A DNA stretch of 64,000 bases from assembly GCA_044892525.1 (NCBI GenBank), contig CM097888.1, positions 38,130,001-38,194,000 of the forward strand, given 5' to 3'. Of the stretch, positions 53,641 to 64,000 are shown piece by piece. The stretch is from Schmidtea polychroa. Its lineage: Eukaryota. A program made the position numbers and the translations under genes. The notes beneath the pieces were generated by a model. It saw only the letters and a list, made by a program, of their open reading frames with translations, ran no database searches and had not been told where the DNA came from. Within the stretch, counting starts at the first letter, position 1. Each line of letters begins with the position of its first letter.

Positions 53641-54309
53641 CAAATTCACTGGGTTATTGACCATCAAGATAGTATCGTGCGAGATACCGATTGTATTGGC
53701 TCTTGTTTGTTCTGCTTCCAGTAATTCAGGATCACTCAGTTGAGGATTATACTCTTTAAATTTAGCTTTAATTGATTCTAACGCTTCCTTTGGATAATGC
53801 ACTTTAGGTAATTCTGGCAGTGTTGAACATGTCAGATTATAAAATATGGTATCTTCACCGATTTTCCATTGGTGTCGTCCTGTTCTGATTGTTGTTTCCC
53901 GTGAATGTTCCCGCCCCTCGTTTGGTGCGGATGGTAAACTCCTCAAAGTTGGCAATTGTACATATCTAGGACTTCTCTTGAATCCTGGTGACCTTATGTC
54001 GAATTTTTGGTCGGAACTGTCATATTCTCCTTCTGAGGACTGTTTTCTCACGTAGATTTCCTTTGATTTGTCATATAGGGGAAGATATTCCTTAAATCTC
54101 GATTTTCTTTGTTGTTGAATCGGTTTTTTGTTGTAGTTCTGTTTTCGTGATTGATTTGATCTTGAATATGTTTCACGAGAGCCTCCATTACCTCCTCCCT
54201 TTGAATTGTTATCGTCCCGATAACTCGAATACTCCTCCATTTCTGTTCCAATTACTTCATGTTTGACTAAATGTTTCTGTCTAATTTCTTTAATTTCTTT
54301 TCTGTGATG

Positions 54310-56174
54310 TTTGAATAATGCAAACTCTGCACACATAGGACATAGTCCTAATAGCAGTTTCCATGACCATCCTCCAATTTTGAATATGCTATATGTTGAC
54401 ATCAGTTGTGTAATTATCAGCTTTAAAATTACAAATATTGCGTAAATTCCTGAACATCCAGCAACGAAAATACCAAAATTGGTAAATCGTCCCCATATTT
54501 TCATCATTACGTTCTTTGCTGCTTCTTTATAGTGTTCCGGTCCAAATAATAAATTGTAATCTGGTCGTATTAAGCTATCATGATAAATTGTTCTTATAAT
54601 TTCCGTGATACCTCTGTCTCTGATTTGTGGGAATAGCAATGTCCTTCTTGCCTCGTCGATATCGTCGGGAGTATAAATCCCTCCTTTTGCTAATTCGTCT
54701 AGTGACTTGAATTCCAGATTATCCTTTAGTTTAGTTACCTCCAAGGTCTCTACCCGTTGTGTAGATGATTTTCTTTCCGGCAGAGATATCCACATGTCAT
54801 TTATTTTGTATAATGGTGATATTGCCGGGTTGCATATAGCTGGTTGAGGTTTAGCGTTTTCCTCAAGTAACTTTCTGGTTACTGGCATAACAAATCTCAA
54901 TTTTCCTTGGTAAGACACTGGCAGTTCTAGAGTGCATTGATTAAATCTGGCTAATTGTACTTCCACTGGTTTACACTCATAGCTATATATAGCTTCTCCC
55001 ATGATTCTGCCAAACATTCCGTCTTCCAATAACATTGGAGTAACCAACTCTGGGTTAACGATAGATATTGCTAATCTATTTCGGACTATTTCACGATTTA
55101 GCTTGCAATCGTTTAGTATCACCTCTTGATACATATCTTGCATTTGTCCTTGCAGATCATGGTATAAATAATCTACTTTATTATTTATATAATTCGTGAT
55201 TTTGATATCCTTTACATGTAGGACCTTGGAATTCTGAATATATTCTCTTGACAGGAAAATTCCTTTGTAGTTCGTCTCGTATACTCTTTTCCCACATTTA
55301 GTCTTTTTATCTTTTCGGACAAATCGAATTGCTTCCGTCTTGTCTTCCGATATCAATACTAGAGGTGTGTTTTCCTCTCCGATATCTTCCTTCTCTTGTT
55401 TGTTGATTTTCTTCAACGTTTTTGCTTTATCCCACACCTTTTCTGGATTCTGGGAATCCCGATATTTAGTTCCATTTAGTTTTCTAAAAGGAATTTTCTT
55501 GGGGAAAGCCAACTCACAATGATCTCTCATTTGTTCGTAAATTAATGTAGTGGTTCCCGTTTTACAACTACCGAACTTGGCATTGCATTGCGGATGTGCC
55601 ATCAATTTTCCTGTGGCCACATCGAATGTTCCCTCGTATTCTCGTAGCTCTACTGAGTAATCTTCTATGTCTACCACATAGGAAACTAAATTGCTACCGC
55701 GAATTTTCTTTCTACCTTCGCAGGTTCCATCTGAGGCAATTGTTCCTCCTCGAGTGATTGTTATTCCCAATGTTTTCCCAATTTCTGCTGAGATTGATAC
55801 CTCGTTGTCTATCCTCACACTTCCTTTTCGAAATGCATCTAAACAATCTTCGGGTATTATGTTTACCGCCATGGTATTAATGTTGCGGATAGAAAAGCAG
55901 AATAGCTAATACTACCGCAATAATATTCGAATGTAGCTCTTTGAACACTATATTCCTTTATCGTGGTTCTATAAAATTCACTCTCTTGGTAGACGTAATA
56001 TTCTACCTTTTCTCCTTGATGAACCTTCTCGGGATACGCCTCTTTGCACTCAATTGCATCTACTAGCGAATATACCCGAGATAGTTTAGGATTTCCACAG
56101 TCAAATACTGTTAATGAATTTGTTTGTTTTAATATGCCCATCATTACTAGGAACATCAGGATCATGCTTGTCAT
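54310..56174 (-). CDS. Chuvirus-like (class III, gB-type) envelope glycoprotein
   Basis: Signal MTSMILMFLVMMGILKQTNS then LTVFDC...SL...C; YCG; GT..DGTCEG; CxxELPVxY..F..PxTRxL..C..PLYKI..W; LAxGGIYT..D...LLFP; WGRFTNFG TM and GWSWKLL tail, all recalled from chuvirus G. 1-nt frameshift near 55872. Confidence 0.8.
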
Positions 56175-57477
56175 GTTTCCTGTGCCAGAACTACCATTAT
56201 TTATAGCTTCTTCCACTACCTCATATCGTGGTTTTGGAATCGTTTCCTTTTCCCAAAATTTGTTTACGGTCATCCATACCTCCAGGTAATAATCTACCAT
56301 TTCGACTATTTGATCGATTTCTCGTTCTATAAGACTTTTATCATCCCCTACCCGGGCTAAGGCATTTTGAATTAACAATGATAGTGATGTTACCACTTTC
56401 CCTCTTGTTAATCCTTGCTGCACAAATGCTTCTATGGCATCCTGTATATCTCTAGTTGATACATCTTTGGATACTCTTTCCATTGTCTTCTTGACCTCTT
56501 TCGTTATTTTCTTTACTTCGATCCCCTTGATTTTTGGAATTCTCCATTCGGGCCTGATAATCCCGATCATTTGTTGTATACGTTGCCACAATAACGACCT
56601 TTCTGACGTTGTCTCATCTCCCGCATGGTCGTCCATTTCTTGGGCTATCCCTGCTAATGTTTTTAACTGAATTTTCCGAATCGTTTCCGGATTTAACTGC
56701 TCCTTGGGTGGAGGTTTCATTTGATCTTTTCTAGGACGTCCTCGTCCATCTTTTTTCACTTTCTTCGGAGGTTTTTCAGTCTCCGGATTTGTTATAGCTT
56801 GTGACGTAGTAGCTCCTACGTTTGTTTCTCCTGGATTTAATCTGACGTACTCTGAGAAGTAATCTTCCTCGTCAATGTCCACCATTTGACAGGGATTAAT
56901 TTCCTCTAGTCTTATTTCCTCGATTTCTTCCGCAATTTCGTTTGTTATATCTGGCAGTCTCATTAATGACCACTGGGACTCTGGTGGAGTTACTGGGATG
57001 ATCATTACCGTGGTTGTTGCCAACGGTAGACAACCCACATCCACTAGATATTCATCATCATCCACTTGCCTACCATTGATCGGTGGCAATTACATCTCTC
57101 CTCAATATTTTAACCTTGATATAACAATTATAAATCATTGTTAATGGTTCTTTTCCCTTCATTCGCACGTCTAGATTAATGTTGCCTTGTCTATCAGGCT
57201 GACTTCGGATAGCTTTTCCATTTTTCCTCACCAGCGCTTCAATTTGCGTCTGGAATGGGCTTGTTTCCTTTACCACTGGTAGTATAAGTGGAATTATTGC
57301 CTCCAACAAATCTACTGGTATTCGTAATACTAACATCCAGTCAAGTATTTCCTTTATAGTTTCTCCATCTCGTGGAGATTTCTGCAATTCCAACCCTAGT
57401 CGCTGGGTTAATTGTTGAGTTTCCCCCAATCTCTCTATTTCCATCTGAATAATCAAGAATACGCTATCTTGATCCAT
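56175..57477 (-). CDS. N-terminal polyprotein region of unknown function with an AT-hook
   Basis: ORFs 57070-57477 and 55863-57089 merge by removing one A (RRDV-LPPING); GRGRPRK at 56727-56747; no CCHC knuckle or recognisable capsid motif. Confidence 0.55.
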
Positions 57478-58099
57478 AAAAAAAAAAAATCAAATTTTAT
57501 TTTATGTAAATCCATCTGGCTCAAGGCCGAAGGGGAGAACGGTTCTCTCCCTTAAGAAAACTGAAATTTTTATGTTTATTTTCTTTGGATGCTGTAGTTA
57601 GGAACTCTGGCATCAAACATGGTTTTTTGGCTTGGTTTATGATTTTTCATTCTCAATATCGGTTAGGGGAGGCTTTCAGTCCAATCAGCTTATGCTTCCT
57701 GTCTAGTAAGATTAAAATATCGGAGTAGGAAGACTCCATTTGTGATTTTTGTAACGTTAATAGCTGATGTACTTGTAATATAATAGGAATTGAAAGGATG
57801 TTGTGAAAAGTAACAAGGGTTTAATATACTACAGATATGAACACCTAAAAAAGTAATATCCTATGGGACCTACAAGGACCCCTACATTTACCCATAAACA
57901 ATATTAATCTATTTATATTTAATTTTATTTAAGTGTAAATTAAGATTATTAAAAGGGGATAGAGTTAGTAGTTGAGGCAAATAGCAACGCTTTAGTAATT
58001 AAATTAAATATTAAAAATAAAAGAAAGAAAAAGAAAAACTCCTAATTAGTTAATATTAATATAATAGTAAAATATTTGAGCTATATAAATACACATACA

Positions 58100-58101
<2 letters not shown>

Positions 58102-58163
<62 letters not shown>

Positions 58164-58296
58164 TTAGTCATTGTTATAGGTACTTTCAATCCCTGGAGGA
58201 GACATATGAAAATCTGAGCAACTACGTATTTATCGTATTACGTTTATAATAACCATAGTGTACAAATAAATATGGATATGCTTTGATATTATATAC

Positions 58297-58334
<38 letters not shown>
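58102..58334. repeat. Two (TA)n tracts (58102-58157, 58303-58334) flanking a ~145-bp spacer
   Basis: Direct reading; the second tract abuts the stop codon of the non-LTR ORF. Confidence 0.95.
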
Positions 58335-58339
<5 letters not shown>

Positions 58340-61300
58340 CCTTAAGGGTGTGTTCTCTAAAAATATGATAGCTGCTTACTACCGCAGCTGTGCAAGCGTT
58401 TCTTGCCAGGCTTTTTATTTCAGTTTTGGAGAGACCTATTTTACTGAGAACTTGGTCGTTTTTGTTGTACCAAGAGCCTAGAGTACCTATTATCAAAGTA
58501 GACAATGTAGTTTTTACTTTATGAGTTTTTTCTATTTCGATTGCCAAATTGGCATATTTTCCGTAATTATCAGCATCCGCTTTTTTAAAATTTTCCCTTT
58601 GCTCGTAAGGTACTTTGATATCTACAATGTGGGTAATTTTATTTCTCGATGATCTGATGAGTAGGTCAGGTATTAAGGTAGTTTTGATTCCCTGTGGCGT
58701 GCGTTCGATGTCCATTTTGAATCCATAGTTAAGAAGAGATTGACATACCGCTTCTAGTACACGTGTATGCTTATTTCTTCTTGCATTTATTTTTGCAGGG
58801 CAGTGGTTGAAGACATGCGCCTGTGTCTCTGGGTGGGAATTGCATTGCCTACATAGAGTATTTTTTTTAGCCTTTAATCTATGTGGTGCATAGTTTAGTT
58901 TAAGGAGATTGTTCCTTGCTCTTAGAAGGAATAGGTATTGAGCATCGGTTAGAGTGTCAGTTTTAACCAGGTAGTCAGCCACGCTACTATCGCATATGGA
59001 TTTAGCAATATGCCCTTGGCATTTGAGATTGATCCATTTTTCTGCATGAATTAAGCCTATTATTGAGTGGAGTTCTGATGATGTGTTGTTGAGATTTGTG
59101 GAGAAGAAATAATTGATCCTTTCTTTGTATTTTATTTCCAGCTGGTACATGTCATCTAGTAAGACAATTTTGACATGAATTCCATATTTTAATCTTAAGA
59201 GGTCGACGGATTTCCTGAATTTAGAAAAGAAAGATTTATAACCAAAGTTTTTTGTAGTATCACCATTGATCCATGATAAGGCAGCCTCTATATTGCCATT
59301 ACCCCGTGATAATGCAAGTTCCATTAGTACTAGATTTTGGAAGCCTGTATCAGAAGAATTTAGTGCCCGAGCAAGGTGTACAATACTTTGTATGAGATAT
59401 TCATCAATGGATGAGGTCAGTCCAATACCTCCCATTTTCACCGATGCGTATATGAAATGATTGTTAATTTGGAGTAATTTATCTCCTAAAGATGTTTTGA
59501 TAAGCTTACGAATCTTCTGGTCAAAACCTTTTTGGGGCTCTCTATTTTTGATGATTTTGTCCTTATGAGAATCAAGGACACCATGAAGGATCTCACAATT
59601 ACGAAAAGGAAAGATAAGACGAGAATGGATGAAGATTTTAAAGGCATTTATTTTCTGTGATGGATGGAGGTGGGATTCGAGAATCTTTTTAGCATCCTTA
59701 ACGGCAGTTTCAAGTCTGTCATCTATGTTGTGTCTTTTTTTGTGGGTAAAATCAATTCCCAAGTATCTATATAAATTGGAATCATCTATTTTTGGAATGA
59801 TTTCCCCATATAGCTTTATCGGAAAATAGTTCAGCTCATGATCAATATGAAAATAACCAGATTTCGATGGTTTAAATCTCAGGTTGGCTAACGAAGCAAG
59901 CCGGGTAGTTTCTAAAAGGGCAGAATTGATAGAGGCGTAAGAGTTAGATACTAGCACAATGTCATCGGCATATGCTAGTATACCTATGTTCATGTTATTA
60001 AAGATGAAAGGGTGACTGATGAGGATGTTTTTAAGTATGAAGTCAATGGCCAGACAAAAAAGAGTCATAGATAGGGGGCATCCCTGTTTAACTCCCCTAA
60101 CTATGGGCACCTCTGGGGATCTTTCCCCTTCACAATCAAAGATAGTATTTACGCCATCATACATATTTTTGATAAGTTTAATAGATTTGGGGTCGAGGCC
60201 CATTGCAGATAGAGTGTGCCAAATTAGGTTATGCGGCATTGAGCCGAATGCGTCAGAAATATCGAGCCAGACAATATGCAGATCACTCTTGGTTCTGAAG
60301 GCGGAGTCTTTAATTAGTTGTAGGATAAGGTTATGCTCTGCACAACCGTCAGAGGCTCCTATGGCTTTCTGATTTCTTGATATAAGGTTTCCTTCCTTAA
60401 TCCATCCAAGAAGTCTGTTGTTTAAGAGTGATGAAAATACTCTGTAGGCAGTATTCATTATGGAAATTGGTCTCCATGAGCTTGTTTCAAAACTAGTTTC
60501 ACTTTTTCCAGGTTTTAGGATGAGTTTTGTTCTGAACGTTTTCCAGTTTGTAGGGCAGTTGGCATTACGTATGATATTATTACATATAGCCAGTATTAGT
60601 TGGTAGTCAGGAGAAATTTTTCTCCAATTAGCAAGGGTAATCAAATCCATTCCTGGAGCAGTATTGTCCAGTTGTTTGAAAATATATTTAATTTCGTCAA
60701 TATCGAATGGGGTAGACGAGTGGTTCTCAGGATAATTTGGAATATATTTAATTGATTCAGGATGACAATTAGCTATTTCACCCGCAAAAAGCTTAAGGAG
60801 ATTTGCCATAATGGGCTTTTGAAAATTAACCTCGTTGTTCAAAATTCTCGCAATCTCCTCCTTGGGGTTAAACTTGTACCTATTTCTTTTTATCATGACT
60901 AATTCATTATTATTGTTTTGTTTTTTATGGACTATATCTGCTGGTTTTTTAATTAAATATTTTTTCTCATTAATATTAGCGTTTATTTTTTCTATTTCTC
61001 CTAGTACATTATCACAGTCGGTTGCGTCTATATTAAGATCAATTATAAGACTACTGATAAATGTCCGATATTTTCGTACATCATCAGTAGGCAGTCTAGT
61101 ATTACATAATTTTGTCAATATTACCTTAATTCTCTCAATCATATTCGGAATATTGGGAGAAGTTAATTTTCTATTTAATATTAGACATTCAGTCAAGTGG
61201 CACACAAAGAAGGCTGATTCATCTGGACTAATACATCGTGGATATTGGATTTGCTCTAGTTTAATTTCAACTGGCGTAACGATTTTTTGCAAGTCAAGGA

Positions 61301-63390
61301 TAGTGGTGAGGATGTTATTACCAAGAGCGTTGTAAGAAGAGTAAGAATCATTAACTGTAGGATCTATTATAAGAGCGAGTTTACGGCGTTTGTCAAGAAA
61401 GAACAGAAACCAGTTGTTTTTACCATTATACATTGGCATGACAATCTCATTCCATTCTGCGAAGTCTCTAAAAGGAAAGGATTCGAAGAAAGTACGGAAG
61501 TTGTGCTGGATTAGCGAGTTACCTATATATGGATCGACGAAGATGGTGGAGTTTCTTATTGCGAATGAGAAGATGAAAGCCTTGATTGTGTGCTGGGACC
61601 ATCATGTTGATTCTTTTTCCAAATTATTTGAAAAAAGAATGGTATCCGGGATTTCTCTACCTATAACTTCATTATTATTTGGTGTTAGAATATTCTCATT
61701 AGTTGCAAGAATATTTTTAAAAAAATCTCTATTCCCATTGCTATTTCCCTCACCTACCTCGTTATTGAGTTCAATTAGGTTATTTAAATGAAAATCATTT
61801 ATATGGTTTTTAATTTGATGAATAGGCAGCCATTCCCCGCAGTAGCAATAGATATTCTTATCTATGTTAAAAATTAGTTTTTTGTGCAGTTTGTTCATAT
61901 GCGCCGTTATACTTTCAATTGGGATTTCAGAGTTGAAGGTGGTGTAGCACTTATTTTTTATATTCTTACTTAGGATGTGGCATGCAATTTCATGCTTAGG
62001 GGTTATTTCTACGGTAACATCCTTTTGGTAGGCTCTGTCAATCTCACAATGGTGATTGAAATCTTTGATGTGTTTGTACAAGTTTTTAAAATTTATTACG
62101 TTCATTGTGGATCTATCCCCTCCTTGCTTTGGTTTACATTGATAGCAGTCAATGGCCGAATCATAATTGAAATCAATTCCATGGACATCCTTAGCATGTG
62201 CAATCAACATTTCTCTCCAGAATACACCTATAGATCCACAGAATGTTGGATTATGTAATCCTGCTCTACAGTTCATTTTTCCCCTACCATCAAAAAAATA
62301 GAGCTTTATTATTCTTATCATGAGTTTTAAAATTTTTAGAAGTTCTTATCTTAGTTGTCTTTGCTATATTAAGAGTTTTTGGGTGGTTAGTTTGGATAGT
62401 AGTTCCTTTTATTTGTAAAGATTTTAGAAGGGATTTTTGTTCATTAATGGCTGAGGCAATTGGGGTGGAAGTAATAGCGTAGATAGATTGCTCACTGCAG
62501 GACTTGGTAGGGGATTTTTTGGGGGTATTGGTTACATCGTCTTTTTGGATTATGGAAGCACATAAGGGGAACAATGACTTAGGGTTTTCAACGTTTACAG
62601 AGAAGGAGGTATTATCGTTTCTAGATGTGTTATCAAGAGGAGAAGGTTTAGCAGATTTACGTACGATGATGGATTCATTGGATGACTTATCGGAGGAGCT
62701 GTTGTGTAAGATGATAATATCAATATCCGTATTAGTATGCTTAATTACTAAGGAGGTATCGGCAAAAAGGTCAGAGTTCGAATGGTTATCTAGGTCGCAA
62801 TTTTCTGTTTTTTTGGGCGAAGGTGAAGGCACGTTGTTATTGTCACATTTTGGAATTGATTGAAGTTCAGGTTTTTTTATATGCGGTTGGGGGAGGATAG
62901 ATTCACAAATTTTTTCCGTAAAATTAAATGTCCCTAATACATTTTTAATATTTGGTCTTATCACTTTTTTGAGTAATTCAGAGTTTGGTCTAATGTATTC
63001 TGGCGGAGTGCTGTTCGGGATTGGTTTAGAAAAATGTGGTTTTTTAGAGGTGTTTCTGTTTTTGGGTGTTGATGAAGTTGCTGAAGGGGTTGTTGGCATC
63101 TCGTTAGTTTTTAGTGGAAGATGCTTGTTAGGTTTAGAATCATTTAGGTCAATAAGCTTAGCGTACCTATTGGCAGAGTTGAAGTATCTAGAGTTATGAG
63201 AATTATCGTCACTGAAGGTGACCTTCTTTTTTTTATGGACAGACTTATTATTATGGACAAGAGGGAATGGCTGCGGTGTTTCATCAAATACTTTACCATT
63301 ATTCTTAAAAAATAAAAATTGACAAAGTTTATTAAATTTTAATACTAAAATATAGAAAAAGTCTTTAATAATATGATAGTTGGTTTTCTT
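58335..63390 (-). mobile_element. R2/NeSL-like non-LTR retrotransposon (Zn fingers, Ulp1-like domain, RT, CCHC, RLE)
   Basis: RT motifs APGMD, WRPIS, LDISDAFGS, GVKQGCPLS, LAYADD, YRYLG; CRQC..ET.AHV.NHC; PDL...VDIK endonuclease; upstream C2H2-like fingers (61602-62321, same frame, one TGA); a T7 homopolymer frameshift links to 62290-63459. 5' end approximate. Confidence 0.92.
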
Positions 63391-63448
63391 ATCTATCCCT
63401 ATTACTGCCACTGGCTTCTGTGCTCTCTTTGCTGTGAGCTTTGTCACT

Positions 63449-64000
63449 CTATAAGTCATATCCTTGATGCTTAATACTTGTCAATGTTTCTGTTAATTTA
63501 TCGGCTCGACTTCTTACATTTATATCGAGATTATACTCTTTATCCTGTGGGAGTTTTATATTGAGTTGGGCATCTTGGAGATCCCATTCATGTTCCATGA
63601 GTTTTCCTAATTTCCTTAGGATTTTGTACGTGTCGTTATGATACTTTGGATCATCTTCGACCTGCGATATCAGTTTTACTACTGTATCGATTTCGTGAAC
63701 TTTAATTTCTGTTTCTCCCAATTTTCCCAATTGTCTGGCCAGCTTCTGCTGGTACTCATATCTGGAATCCACCAGTTTTAAACATTTTGTTAGGCTATCC
63801 GACCCTTTTTTTACCTTTGCTTTCCCTGGCAAGGTTCTATCGAACTCGCTTAGTATGGTGGCCATACTAGGTTCCTCATCGGAACTCTCTTATGATTCCG
63901 TTTCCTGAAGGTCCTCTCTAACGGAGTCCTTTTTTCTGAGAAATTCATCTCTTCCAACTTCTACCATAAAGATGGTACCTTCTTGGTCGGTCAATCTAGC
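63449..64000 (-). pseudogene. Unidentified helical ORF running off the window edge
   Basis: Frame is open from position 64000 except for one TAA at 63890-63892; GC-richer composition like the retroelement blocks. Confidence 0.4.

Larger units (their letters stand above)
46461..57477 (-). mobile_element. Enveloped Ty3/gypsy-type retroelement with glycoprotein upstream of pol
   Basis: Continuous GC-richer minus-strand coding block with PR-RT-RH-IN order, two membrane-protein modules and a downstream orphan ORF. Right boundary and 5' LTR not identified. Confidence 0.85.

Noticed and set aside
55860-55885. Programmed ribosomal frameshifts at the polyprotein ORF junctions
   Set aside because: The shifts fall inside conserved domains (glycoprotein, integrase zinc finger) without clear slippery heptamers. 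Single-base mutations or assembly errors are simpler.
57480-58100. Possible 5' LTR and tRNA primer-binding site of the enveloped element
   Set aside because: No similarity to 46461-46900 and no convincing TGG-starting PBS. Only a 12-bp TGTAGTTAGGAA match to 42805 and small hairpins were seen.
47081-62863. Many plus-strand ORFs of 60-170 aa opposite the retroelements
   Set aside because: Antisense shadows of long minus-strand coding frames, with no independent motifs.

Overview
Very AT-rich eukaryotic (animal-type) genomic DNA with spliceosomal introns and dense transposon debris; the host cannot be named from sequence alone. Host genes: a six-coding-exon CREB/ATF1-family bZIP gene (23139-40289, +) rebuilt by hand with consistent splice phases, and exons of a Kelch-repeat gene (-). 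Transposons include hAT (a TIR/TSD-complete ZMYM1-type copy, a SPIN-like relic, MITEs), a Zator-like element, pogo/Tigger, Merlin, Penelope, Ty3/gypsy gag relics and a NeSL/R2-like non-LTR element. The standout is an unusual enveloped Ty3/gypsy-type retroelement (about 46461-57477, -). Three single-base indels join its four ORFs into one ~2765-aa polyprotein: non-Gag-like N-terminus, signal peptide + chuvirus-like class III fusion glycoprotein + TM, basic linker, PR-RT-RH-IN, then a second signal peptide + FN3-like ectodomain + TM. A separate decayed ~680-codon orphan ORF follows. The fusogen lies upstream of and in frame with pol, there is a second envelope-like protein, and no Gag is recognisable. 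All family calls come from motif recognition by eye, not database searches.
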